Shown here piece after piece: positions 19,789 to 29,301 of a DNA stretch of 64,000 bases (its first letter is position 1; each line of letters begins with the position of its first letter). Location of the stretch: the IMG/VR virus record IMGVR_UViG_3300028564_000919; one strand, given 5' to 3'. This stretch comes from an uncultured virus (IMG/VR IMGVR_UViG_3300028564_000919) (Duplodnaviria > Heunggongvirae > Uroviricota > Caudoviricetes). The translations under genes and the position numbers were made by a program. Under the pieces are notes generated by a model that saw only the letters and a list, made by a program, of their open reading frames with translations, was not told the DNA's origin and made no database searches.

Positions 19789-20250
19789 ATGAAATTAGAG
19801 CATAGTTTATATAATGAATTAGTAAAAGAGAAAGTTGATTTAATTCCTGTTTTAAATGAAATACTTCCTCAATATTATGATATAGGACAAGGTTGTTTTT
19901 GTCCCTTTCACCATAATGTAGATACAAAAGCTGCTGCCATATATAAATCAAAGGAAGGGTATTTAATATTATATTGTTTTTTTGAAAGGAAGAGATATAC
20001 AGTAGTAGACGCTTTTAAATTACTTAATATGGATGTAGGTATAATAGCTGGTAATATTTGGAATAATATGTTGGACTCTGATAGGGAACAATTTTTAAGA
20101 AAGTATAAGAAAGACAATATATATAATTTTGACAGATTTCCGGATGACAGTCTACCAGAAGATGGTAGTATAGAAAGTAGTGCAAGGGAATTTAGGTTTG
20201 GAAAAATTACTTTGAATGGATATATAAGAAGATTATTAGATAAACAATGA
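19789..20250 (+). CDS. Stand-alone primase-type Zn-binding (CHC2-like) domain protein
   Basis: VKEKVDLIPVL...CFCPFHHNVDTKAA...LYCF...VVDA matches the DnaG ZBD pattern. Confidence 0.75.
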   Translation: MKLEHSLYNELVKEKVDLIPVLNEILPQYYDIGQGCFCPFHHNVDTKAAAIYKSKEGYLILYCFFERKRYTVVDAFKLLNMDVGIIAGNIWNNMLDSDREQFLRKYKKDNIYNFDRFPDDSLPEDGSIESSAREFRFGKITLNGYIRRLLDKQ

Positions 20251-20393
20251 AGTAAGAAGGAAAGTTAAAGTTGATTGTTATTGTTGAAAGTAATGTAGGT
20301 ATTATATATTTAGAATATTTAAGTATTTGGAAAGGTGAATTACCAGGATTTGTGACAGATGGAAGTAGTATATTAGTTCAACCATAGGAGGTA

Positions 20394-21047
20394 GTGATGA
20401 TTAATGCTAACTTATTAAGTAGTGTTCTTGATAGGATTAAAGCAAAGCAACAAACATATTTATTTATTTCAGGAGAAGTTGAAGAGCTTAATAAAGAATG
20501 GAATGAATTAACAAATGAGTTGAAAGAGTTAGAGGGCCATTTGGAAACTAGTGAGAAAGTTCAAGTGGCTTGTAAAGCTCTTGTTGAAGCTTTAACAAAA
20601 GTTAATAAGACTAACTTAGAGAATTTTTTGACATTTGCAGTTAAGACAATATTTTCTGATAGAAATTATGAAGTAAAGTTTATATTAAAAGAAGAGACAA
20701 AAAGACCGGGGTTAGAGTTTACATTAGTAGAAGATGGTATAGAGCAAGGGATAACAGACGCAGTTGGTGGTGGTATTATCTCTGTTTTAGGATTATTAAG
20801 TCAGATATACTTTTTAGAGTTATATGGATTAGAGAAAGTGTTGTTTATAGATGAGGGTTTGAAAGAGGTTTCGGGTTATAATTCAACTGGGGATATTAAC
20901 TATTTACAGAACACATTATCTTTTTTAAAATATCTGGCAGAGAATAAAGGATACATGTTTGTCATAATAACACATGACACATATGTAAAGGATATAGCAG
21001 ATGTGGTATATGAGGTAGAATCAGGAAAGGTAAGGAAATTAAAATAA
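20394..21047 (+). CDS. sbcC: SbcC/Rad50 C-terminal half: coiled coil, ABC signature, Walker B, H-loop
   Basis: AVGGG signature, LFIDEG, FVIITHD, ADVVYEV. Confidence 0.88.
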   Translation: MMINANLLSSVLDRIKAKQQTYLFISGEVEELNKEWNELTNELKELEGHLETSEKVQVACKALVEALTKVNKTNLENFLTFAVKTIFSDRNYEVKFILKEETKRPGLEFTLVEDGIEQGITDAVGGGIISVLGLLSQIYFLELYGLEKVLFIDEGLKEVSGYNSTGDINYLQNTLSFLKYLAENKGYMFVIITHDTYVKDIADVVYEVESGKVRKLK

Positions 21048-21049
21048 GT

Positions 21050-21307
21050 GTGGATTTAATTTTAGGTATAATTTTTTTTCTTTTATCTCTAATTGGTTTA
21101 GTAGTTTATCTAATAATTCAAGCTTTAAAATATTATAGCACAAGAAACGATGATGATGGAGCGGCTACAAGAGAATATTTTAAGGAAGCTTATAAAAACG
21201 AGTCTTATGAAATTACACATAGGGTAGCAGTTAAAGAGATGACAAAAGAAGAGGCTTATATAGGTCTTATGTCGTTAAGGGATTTTGAAAATATAGAAGT
21301 AGTATAG
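21050..21307 (+). CDS. Small membrane protein
   Basis: N-terminal hydrophobic helix. Confidence 0.6.
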   Translation: MDLILGIIFFLLSLIGLVVYLIIQALKYYSTRNDDDGAATREYFKEAYKNESYEITHRVAVKEMTKEEAYIGLMSLRDFENIEVV

Positions 21308-21317
21308 GAGGTTTTTT

Positions 21318-21761
21318 ATGAATTGGGTAAGTCTTATATTGGGGATAATATTATTAGGGGTATTTTTAATTTTAAATAAAGAGTACTTGTCACAAGAAAA
21401 AATAAAAGACGTAAAGATAACATCGAAGGTACCGAAGAAGCATAGGATTCCAAGGAATTTTAGTGTAATTATAGATGCTGGGGACGTTCAAAAGTATTCA
21501 AAGGTCTTTGAGAAAATGGGTGAGTATTGGGTTTTTAGGGTTAAGAGGAAGAATATAGAGCACACATATATAGTAGACGTAAACTCTGCGTATATAATAT
21601 CATTAGAAGTAAAGACTAATAATACAATAGACATAAGAGTAAAGCGAACGAATTTTCCATTAAGTTTACAAGTAGAGGATTTTTATAAGAATGCAGAGAT
21701 TATAACTGAGTCAGACATATTTAATTCAATATATTTTGTAATAAATGATATTAAAGAATAG
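21318..21761 (+). CDS. Membrane-anchored hypothetical protein
   Basis: N-terminal TM segment, RBS ggagg. Confidence 0.6.
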   Translation: MNWVSLILGIILLGVFLILNKEYLSQEKIKDVKITSKVPKKHRIPRNFSVIIDAGDVQKYSKVFEKMGEYWVFRVKRKNIEHTYIVDVNSAYIISLEVKTNNTIDIRVKRTNFPLSLQVEDFYKNAEIITESDIFNSIYFVINDIKE

Positions 21762-21772
21762 GGGGGATATGG

Positions 21773-22222
21773 ATGATATTATTAACAGATAATGTTGCAG
21801 TTACAGAAGATATTATAGTTATTATACTTGGAAGGGGAGTACCTAAAGCATTTATAGCATTTTTAATTGCTATGGGTATTTGGTTAATTTTTAGTATACT
21901 ATTATTTATTTATGTAGAAGTAGGTAAAGAAGGATTTAAGAAACTAGGGTATAAGATTAAGAAAGTATTTAAATATTTATCAAGTAAAACAGAAACAACA
22001 GTTTATTTAGAAGATAATAATGCAATAATTATTACTAAGTTTTTATGGGCGACATATAAAGTAATTTATAATAAAGAGACAAAATTATTTAATATATTTG
22101 TTGGGAAGAAGAAAGAGAATGATGATTGGCTTGAGTGGATACATTTAGTAGAAACAAAGAGTGTTAAGGAAGTAGAATCGTTTTTTGATTTTTTATTAAC
22201 AGATTATGATGAGAGAAAATAA
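21773..22222 (+). CDS. Membrane protein
   Basis: Hydrophobic segment AFIAFLIAMGIWLIFSILLFIYV. Confidence 0.6.
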   Translation: MILLTDNVAVTEDIIVIILGRGVPKAFIAFLIAMGIWLIFSILLFIYVEVGKEGFKKLGYKIKKVFKYLSSKTETTVYLEDNNAIIITKFLWATYKVIYNKETKLFNIFVGKKKENDDWLEWIHLVETKSVKEVESFFDFLLTDYDERK

Positions 22223-22422
22223 AGGATAGAGTATATGAGTATTAGTAATTATGGTTTATATTATTACGAACAAGAAAGTAAGAAGCATATATTGATAGCA
22301 GTATTTGTAACAATAGATGAGATGGCTAAATTTATAGAAAGTTATAGTAATAGTTGGCCGGATGAAGTAAGAGAGAATTTAAAGGTAGTAGAAATAGTAG
22401 AATAGATAAAAATTATTTTATT

Positions 22423-22459
22423 TGAGTTTACAGAACAAAATGGTTTTTTGTGATATAAT
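22423..22459 (+). promoter_or_regulatory. Phage promoter motif, copy 7
   Basis: tgagtttaca...tgtgatataat. Confidence 0.8.
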
Positions 22460-22485
22460 ATATAAAAGGAGGAAAGTATAGTAGA

Positions 22486-23652
22486 TTGGCAGAAGATAAA
22501 AAAGAACAAAAAAAGGTAAAAGAGTTAGAGAAGAAGATGGATAGTTTTTTATCCGATTATTTATTAAAGGGTAGTAAGAATGTAGATGGTAAAATCCAAA
22601 CACCTCGTTATGAGACAGGTATTTTATTACTAGATGCGTTAACAGGTGGAGGATTTCCAAAAGGGCATTTTGTATCTATTGGAGCAGAGCCAGGAGTAGG
22701 GAAGACAACAGTTATAGTTGACGCGTGTGGACATATAGCAAGGGGATGTCCAGAAAGAGATATTTATTACATTGATATTGAAGGTGGGGCAACACCGGAG
22801 TTAATAAGCTCTATGGGCTATTTAGATGTATTAAATACAGAAGATAACCCTACAGGTAACTTTTATTTAATTAAAGGTATGCAAACAATTCAAGAGATAG
22901 CAAAGTTATTAAAAATGGCAAAAGAATTAGATAATACATCAATCATAGTAATAGATAGTGATACAATGGTAGCTGACCAGGTAGCATTAGACAAAGATGA
23001 CTTAGGAACAAGTAATGAGGCTATAGGAGCTAATGCAAGAATGTGGAGTAAGAATGCAAATACAATGTTAGCCACGGTAAGAAATTCAGAGATGTGTGTA
23101 GTATTAGTTCACCAAGCAAGAACAAAATTTAAAGGTGGGGGATTTGTAACAACAGTAGAGAGTGCAGGAGGAAATGCAGCAAAACACTTAAGCTCAGTTG
23201 ATATGTGGGGTAGTAGAGCAGGTTGGATAGGACCAGATGGTGATTTGATAAACAAACGAGCAGAAGCAGTTGGTTGTTTGATTAACTTAACAACAACTAA
23301 GAATAGGTTAACAACTCCATTTAAGAGAGTTCAAATCCCTATTTACTTTGGTAAGGGAGTAGATAACAGTTGGGCATATGGAGGTTGGTTACAATCTCAT
23401 GGAGAAACAGACCCAGTGACAGGGGAATTTATACCATATCTAGAAGTAAAAGGTGGTGGGTATAATACATTTTATTTACCATTCGCATATGGTGAGAAGG
23501 TAAGAGGCTCACAAGCAGTAAGGGACTTTATAAAAGAGAATGAAGAAGCAATAACAGAGTTTATAAAGAATCATGGCTCTCTGGAAGCTGAAGCAGCTAG
23601 TGAGGATGAAATTATAGAAGATATAGTGGGAGTAAAACCATCTAAGGAGTAA
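22486..23652 (+). CDS. recA: RecA/UvsX-like recombinase
   Basis: TGILLLDALTGGGFPKG, AEPGVGKTT, YIDIEG, IVIDS, HQAR, GGNA, KNR. Confidence 0.92.
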   Translation: MAEDKKEQKKVKELEKKMDSFLSDYLLKGSKNVDGKIQTPRYETGILLLDALTGGGFPKGHFVSIGAEPGVGKTTVIVDACGHIARGCPERDIYYIDIEGGATPELISSMGYLDVLNTEDNPTGNFYLIKGMQTIQEIAKLLKMAKELDNTSIIVIDSDTMVADQVALDKDDLGTSNEAIGANARMWSKNANTMLATVRNSEMCVVLVHQARTKFKGGGFVTTVESAGGNAAKHLSSVDMWGSRAGWIGPDGDLINKRAEAVGCLINLTTTKNRLTTPFKRVQIPIYFGKGVDNSWAYGGWLQSHGETDPVTGEFIPYLEVKGGGYNTFYLPFAYGEKVRGSQAVRDFIKENEEAITEFIKNHGSLEAEAASEDEIIEDIVGVKPSKE

Positions 23653-23748
23653 AAAGCTGTCAAATTTGACGTATAAGAGTTTTTAATTATTATCCAATAT
23701 AAACACTAAGGGGTAATATTAAAAATGCCTTACAAGTCAAATTTGGAG
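23651..23748 (+). repeat. Dispersed palindromic element, copy B
   Basis: First ~38 nt identical to copy A; ends agtcaaatttgg. Confidence 0.85.
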
Positions 23749-23829
23749 CCTTATTTTAAATATTTTAGTTAAAGTTAGAGAATTGAATAAGTATGAGTTT
23801 GTAGACAAGGGTAATCTCATGATAATAAA

Positions 23830-24055
23830 AACAACCCTCCTATACCCAAGCACGCTTAAGAATGGGTATGGTAATGTGTATTTCAGGGAGTGTGTGACAA
23901 CTTTATAAAAAGATGGTAAATTCCTTTTTATAATTTACTCCAGCCTTGCACTCGTTGCTAGTGATATTAAAGTTAGAGTTCGATGGAAACAGCGTTAAAA
24001 ACCTTTAGCAATAAGTCTAGTGATTAAATATGTTAAGCCGCTACGGCGAACCAAA
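23830..24055 (+). ncRNA. Candidate structured non-coding RNA or origin element
   Basis: ORF-free and relatively GC-rich, with stems ataccca/tgggtat, ggagt/actcc, ttataaaaag/ctttttataa, ttgcta/tagcaa and gccg/cggc; degenerate promoter copy at ~23794. Confidence 0.4.
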
Positions 24056-24289
24056 GAAGAAAAAGAAAAGAATAATTAAATAACAAATAATAAGAATAAG
24101 AATAGTAACAAGAATAGTAATAACAAGTAAGTAATAATGAGTATTTGAAAAAACAACTTTAGTTGTTTGAAAAATTAACTCTACATCTATTTTTTCTTTC
24201 TTTATTATTTTTATATAAATAGATATATATATATATATATAATTATAATATAAATAGATATAGAGTATAAATTAAACAAGAAAGTAGTG

Positions 24290-24326
24290 TAAGTTTACAA
24301 TATAAATAAAAAACTTATGATATAAT
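24290..24326 (+). promoter_or_regulatory. Phage promoter motif, copy 8
   Basis: taagtttaca...tatgatataat. Confidence 0.75.
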
Positions 24327-24398
24327 AAAATAAAAGAAGATGAAGAATCAGATATTATTGAATAAATAAAATTATTATAAGTTTTAATGGTTTAAGAG

Positions 24399-25034
24399 GT
24401 GGGTAGATGGATGATAAGTAAAGAAATGTTATATAGTAGATATAAACCTTTAGTAACTCACGAAGGATTTTTCAAAGATATAGAGGGCTTATCGGTGGAT
24501 TTGGGGGATATTAACTTTAATAATCCAGTGCTTATTTATAGTAATTCAAAGAGGAATGTTTTAATATATTTATTATTAGTTTATTTGTCAGTAAAAAATA
24601 ATAGGTTGATGGATTACGCAGTAATAACAGGTCAGAGTTTGATTAACCAACATTTTGCGGATATCGGGGATAAAGATAAAGATTTGTTCGAAAAACTTTA
24701 TTATACGGATGTAGCATTTATAAGTTTATCCGAATATGATTATACAAGCGAGTATTTAGAGAGTTTGATAGTAGAGTTAATAAACTTTAGAAAGAATGCA
24801 AATAGAGTAACAATAGTAATATATGATATTTTGGGTAATCAAGTGAATAAGAAGAAGGTAGAGAACTTAGAGAAGTTTTTTAAGACTAGTGAATTTGGGA
24901 TAATTGATATAACAAAAGTTACAAAGAGAGTAACAGTAGTAAAAGAACCACAAAAGGTTGATTCAACTAATGTTAGTAGAAGTAAACCAGGGACCGTAAA
25001 GAAGAAGGAATGGTGGAATATGAATGGAAAATAA
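24399..25034 (+). CDS. Possible degenerate DnaC/IstB-like helicase loader
   Basis: Immediately upstream of the helicase; LIVELINFRKNANRVTIV resembles the loader sensor region; Walker motifs absent. Confidence 0.4.
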   Translation: MGRWMISKEMLYSRYKPLVTHEGFFKDIEGLSVDLGDINFNNPVLIYSNSKRNVLIYLLLVYLSVKNNRLMDYAVITGQSLINQHFADIGDKDKDLFEKLYYTDVAFISLSEYDYTSEYLESLIVELINFRKNANRVTIVIYDILGNQVNKKKVENLEKFFKTSEFGIIDITKVTKRVTVVKEPQKVDSTNVSRSKPGTVKKKEWWNMNGK

Positions 25035-26520
25035 AGTAGATTTCACAAAGATGCCTAAATCTTTATTGAGGGGAGAGTATCTCTTAAAGGATGTAATCTT
25101 GAGTGTTTTATCCACTAACGAGCCAACATTAGTATTAAAGACAATAGAAGATATAAAGAAGTCTTTGGGATTAAGTGAACCGGAGAAGAAGATATTAGAG
25201 ACAATAAAAGAGCAATTAGAAGTAAAGCAGAATTTAGTTTCAGTAGATTATGTAGTAGATAAATTTAGTTATTATTTTGATGGTTCCGATTATATAGAGA
25301 TAAAGAAATCGAGTATTCCTAGTGTAATCGCAGAGATAAAGATAAAGCAGGATAAATTAAGTTTTAATCAAAAGCTATTGAAATTGAGTAGTAATGTAGA
25401 TAAATTAACAGTAGAAGAGATTAAAGAGAAGTTAACAGAGATAGCATCACTTAAATTATTGACAAGTTACACAGATGTAATACCAGATAACGCGTTAGTT
25501 AAAAGAGAAAATGCATATGAAGAATTTAAAGAGAAAAAGCAAGGATTAACTTGGGGGATTGAAGAAGTAGAGAAATATGCAGGTAAAGTAGTTTTAGGAA
25601 CTTTTAATACAATAGCAGCATTCACAGGTAGTTATAAATCAACATATGCTTTTAATATAGCATACGCTAATGCAAAGTTAGGGTATAATGTATTATATTT
25701 AGCATTAGAAGATACTGAAGAGAAGATAGTAAACAGATTAGTATTAAAGCATAATGCAGTAGAAGCTAAGGGGAAGAAAGATTTATTTTCAAATACAATG
25801 GTAAGAGATGACTTATTAAATAAATCACAAGTTCACAGATATAATGAGATGTATAACGACTTAGTAGAAAATGTAGGAAAGCATTTATTGATATGGGATA
25901 CAAGGAAATTATCATATAATGGTTTTATAGAAATGAGTACTACATTAAGAAAAGCTGATAATTGGTTTATGGATAATACAGGAAAAGGATTAGATGCAAT
26001 AGTAGTAGACCAATTATCATTATTGAAGTATACAGAAATAGATAAGAAGACGACATATGATGGTGCAGTAATTAATGAATGGGTAAGTTACTTTAGGAAT
26101 CAAGCAATGGATTTTTTAGGTGAGGGGAGACAAATTGTAGTATTCGGGGTAGCACAAACAACACGTGAAGCATTTAGAGAAGCAAGTAAAGAGAAGCGAA
26201 AAGGAATGTATGAGAGTAGTTGTGTAAGTGACGCGCATGAAACAGAAAGAGCATCATCAACGATGGTAACATTATTCAAGGATTGGGATGACCCAAATAT
26301 AATTTTAATAAACATACCGAAAGCAAGGGATGGCTATAATCCCGAGTATCCCATTCAAGCAAAAGTATACGGTCAATATTCTCATATAGGGGAATTGAAG
26401 GTATTCGAGAGTGATTATATAGACGCGAGTTTATTTAACCAACCCGTGGTAGAGGGGATGAAAGACCCATTTAAGGTCTTGATAGGTGATTTAGAAGAGT
26501 TAAGTAAGAAGGGGAGTTAA
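25024..26520 (+). CDS. dnaB: DnaB-like (SF4) replicative helicase
   Basis: AAFTGSYKST, YLALED, IVVDQL, GVAQ, KARDG. Confidence 0.88.
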   Translation: MENKVDFTKMPKSLLRGEYLLKDVILSVLSTNEPTLVLKTIEDIKKSLGLSEPEKKILETIKEQLEVKQNLVSVDYVVDKFSYYFDGSDYIEIKKSSIPSVIAEIKIKQDKLSFNQKLLKLSSNVDKLTVEEIKEKLTEIASLKLLTSYTDVIPDNALVKRENAYEEFKEKKQGLTWGIEEVEKYAGKVVLGTFNTIAAFTGSYKSTYAFNIAYANAKLGYNVLYLALEDTEEKIVNRLVLKHNAVEAKGKKDLFSNTMVRDDLLNKSQVHRYNEMYNDLVENVGKHLLIWDTRKLSYNGFIEMSTTLRKADNWFMDNTGKGLDAIVVDQLSLLKYTEIDKKTTYDGAVINEWVSYFRNQAMDFLGEGRQIVVFGVAQTTREAFREASKEKRKGMYESSCVSDAHETERASSTMVTLFKDWDDPNIILINIPKARDGYNPEYPIQAKVYGQYSHIGELKVFESDYIDASLFNQPVVEGMKDPFKVLIGDLEELSKKGS

Positions 26521-26685
26521 TATGCGAGAAGGGGGAAATTAAAATTAAGGGTATAGGAAATTTAAGTAAAAAGTTTTTAGAGGAAGTAGTGAATAATATA
26601 ATTAAGACATTTGACCAAGAAGTGACCAAGAAGGAAATGTTATGAGACTACAATTTTGTTTTTAATAAATATAAATAATTTACTA

Positions 26686-26722
26686 TGAGTTCACCTTCAA
26701 TTTTAGTAAAATATGATATAAT
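26686..26722 (+). promoter_or_regulatory. Phage promoter motif, copy 9
   Basis: tgagttcacc...tatgatataat. Confidence 0.8.
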
Positions 26723-26748
26723 ATAGTTATATAAAAGGTAGTAAATAT

Positions 26749-26937
26749 TTGAATAAAGATAAGATTAATTTAAAAACTAAAACTGAAGTAATAGGTTATT
26801 TAGCTACAAAGTTAGCTAAAAAGAAGTGTAAGATGATTACAAATTCCCAAGATGCATTGGTATATCAATATTTAGTTTGGGGGTATTGTGAAAGATTGTG
26901 GAAAAAGAGAAACTTATTAAAGAGTTATAAAGATTGA
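26749..26937 (+). CDS. Small hypothetical protein
   Basis: First ORF after the promoter. Confidence 0.45.
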   Translation: MNKDKINLKTKTEVIGYLATKLAKKKCKMITNSQDALVYQYLVWGYCERLWKKRNLLKSYKD

Positions 26938-26967
26938 AGTAAAATATGGAGGAGGTAAAAATATTTT

Positions 26968-27300
26968 ATGGAAAACAATGAAATAGTATTATTGTTAGTA
27001 GAAAGTTTAAAAGAAATTGAAGTATTTAATGAATTAGAAGATTTAAGAATTGAGTATTCAGAAAGAGATAAGTTATGGGATATTACAATTAAGTTGAAGG
27101 TAAAAGATATAGTTGGGTATGGTAAATATAATAAAGTAGTTAGATATTTAAAAGAGAAGTTAGAATCAAAAGAGATTAGTTATTATATGGAACTAGAAGT
27201 AGAATCACTAAGTGACCATTATAAAGTTAAAACTACTATAGGGACATTTGAAGCTCTTAGTAAATATTCGCATAGTATAGTAGGATGGGAAAGGGTATAA
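26968..27300 (+). CDS. Hypothetical protein
   Basis: ORF with upstream ggaggaggt. Confidence 0.6.
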   Translation: MENNEIVLLLVESLKEIEVFNELEDLRIEYSERDKLWDITIKLKVKDIVGYGKYNKVVRYLKEKLESKEISYYMELEVESLSDHYKVKTTIGTFEALSKYSHSIVGWERV

Positions 27301-27346
27301 ATATAAAAAGATTATTATATATTTTAATAGTTAAAGGGGTTAAGTA

Positions 27347-27859
27347 ATGGGAAGAAGAGATAATGGAAATAAGATTATAGTAATTGGGATGGATAATACA
27401 GGTAAGACAACACTTGTAAATTATTTGAATATGGAATTATTTATTCGTCAAGTAAAGAGTCCAGGACCAAAATTAACAAAGAAGCAGATGTCAGATATAA
27501 TGTATGGGTGGTTATCATCAGATGAAGATTTGATTATCGAGAGATTTAGTTTATTTGAGGAAATCACATATGGTAATGTATTACGAGGGAATTCAAAGTT
27601 TGATTTAAACGGACCTGAGTTTGAGTATGTAAAGAAAGTAAAACCTATTATAATATATTGTAGACCAGATGATTTTAATGTATTTAATTTTGGTGATAGG
27701 GAGCAGATGGTGGGAGTAATAGAGCAAGCTGATAAATTGTTAAAAGCTTGGGATAATTTAGTAGGGGAGTTAGAAAAACAATTAACTGTTATTAGATATA
27801 ATTATAATAATAAGACAATGCAGGAATTAGCTAATGAAGTTAGGGAGAAATTGAATTGA
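27347..27859 (+). CDS. dNMP kinase (thymidylate-kinase-like P-loop)
   Basis: IIVIGMDNTGKTT, IIERF...EEITYG. Confidence 0.8.
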   Translation: MGRRDNGNKIIVIGMDNTGKTTLVNYLNMELFIRQVKSPGPKLTKKQMSDIMYGWLSSDEDLIIERFSLFEEITYGNVLRGNSKFDLNGPEFEYVKKVKPIIIYCRPDDFNVFNFGDREQMVGVIEQADKLLKAWDNLVGELEKQLTVIRYNYNNKTMQELANEVREKLN

Positions 27860-28512
27860 ATATAAAGCATGCTAAGAAAGAGACAGTAGTTGGTGATAAT
27901 TTAATAACAATATTTAATCGTCAAAAAGAGTTGATGGAAAAATATCATGATATAGAAGCAAGGAGTGGGTTGCTTCAAACTGATATTTTCCCGTTGAATT
28001 TAGATGATAAACGTTCTCAAGCTAGGATTAAGGATTTTAGCTGGAGGGTAACAGAAGAATTAGGTGAAGCACTAGATGCATATTACCATGAATTTCACGA
28101 TGATAAATATTTACATTTTATAGAGGAGTTAATAGATGGGCTCCATTTTTTAGTAGAATTAACTATTCAAGTGGATTTTTCAGAAGAGGATATTTCATAT
28201 ACTAAGGAAGAAGGAAAGTATTTAAGTTCTATTATTGAAAAAGCAAAAGAGGTTAGTAAGGAATTAAATTTAGAAGAAACTGTAGTTAAATTTATTTGTT
28301 ATTTAGGTATGATGTGTAACACATTAAAGAATAAACCGTGGAAGCAATCCCAGATGAAAACTGATAAAAATGAATTTTACTCATTATTAAAAACTGTATG
28401 GTTATATTATATAGTAATTCTTGATAAAGCTAAATTGAGTGAAGAAGGTATAGTAGAGATATATTTGAAGAAATCTCAAGTTAACAAGTTTAGGCAAAGG
28501 AGTGGTTATTAG
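27856..28512 (+). CDS. Dimeric all-alpha dUTPase-family protein, T4 gp56-like dCTPase candidate
   Basis: EELGE, EELIDGLHF, KPWK, C-terminal YLKKSQVNKFRQRSGY. Confidence 0.8.
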   Translation: MNIKHAKKETVVGDNLITIFNRQKELMEKYHDIEARSGLLQTDIFPLNLDDKRSQARIKDFSWRVTEELGEALDAYYHEFHDDKYLHFIEELIDGLHFLVELTIQVDFSEEDISYTKEEGKYLSSIIEKAKEVSKELNLEETVVKFICYLGMMCNTLKNKPWKQSQMKTDKNEFYSLLKTVWLYYIVILDKAKLSEEGIVEIYLKKSQVNKFRQRSGY

Positions 28513-28515
28513 AGT

Positions 28516-29301
28516 ATGAGATTATATATGAATGCTGAAGAAGCATTTGAAGAAATTAAACGTGACTTATCAGAGATGGGGATTAAAGTATACCCTAAGA
28601 CAATGCAGGATAAATATATTTGGGGAAACCCAGATTATGAGACATTAGAATTACAGAATTATAATTATACAATTTTAGATATTACATCAGATAGTATTCC
28701 AGGAGTAGTTCAACCGTGGGCAGATTTAGAATTTGGAGAAAGAATAACAGACCCATATAGTCAAAGAAGGTATGCAAAAGTAAATTGGGAGAATGGGGAT
28801 AAAGATAAACAACAATATTCTTGGGTAGTATTAAAAGATGATATAGATAAGGGGAACTTTATTAACCCAGGAAAAGCATATTTAGAAAGATTTGACGTAT
28901 GGGAAGAATATTTACATGATGGTAAATTAGCTTATACATATAATGAGTTAATTTGGAAGAATGACCAATTAACAAAAGTTATTGAGAGAATAAAGGAAGA
29001 CCCAGACTCACGCCAATTATGGTTAAGTTTATGGGATAACTCAAAGCACATTGATTTGTTGGGGGGAGTATCTAGAGTTCCATGTTCGTTGGGTTATGGT
29101 TTTCAAGTAAGGGAAGGTAAATTGAATATGCATTATGTAATGCGTAGTTGTGATTTTTCTACACACTTTAGAAATGATGTATATTTAGCAGTGAAGTTGT
29201 TGGAATATGTAGCTAAAGAGACTGGATATCCAGTAGGTAATTTTACACATACGATATTCTCATTACATATTTATAAGAAAGACGCAGAGGGGGTATTTTA
29301 A
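28516..29301 (+). CDS. Thymidylate-synthase-fold enzyme, predicted dCMP (hydroxy)methyltransferase
   Basis: PDSRQ, catalytic PC, MRSCDFSTHFRND with Asp at the TS Asn177 position, SLHIY. Confidence 0.8.
   Translation: MRLYMNAEEAFEEIKRDLSEMGIKVYPKTMQDKYIWGNPDYETLELQNYNYTILDITSDSIPGVVQPWADLEFGERITDPYSQRRYAKVNWENGDKDKQQYSWVVLKDDIDKGNFINPGKAYLERFDVWEEYLHDGKLAYTYNELIWKNDQLTKVIERIKEDPDSRQLWLSLWDNSKHIDLLGGVSRVPCSLGYGFQVREGKLNMHYVMRSCDFSTHFRNDVYLAVKLLEYVAKETGYPVGNFTHTIFSLHIYKKDAEGVF

Noticed and set aside
28516..29301. Ordinary thymidylate synthase (thyA)
   Set aside because: Asp rather than Asn at the specificity position, together with the kinase and dCTPase-like neighbours, favours a dCMP-acting enzyme.
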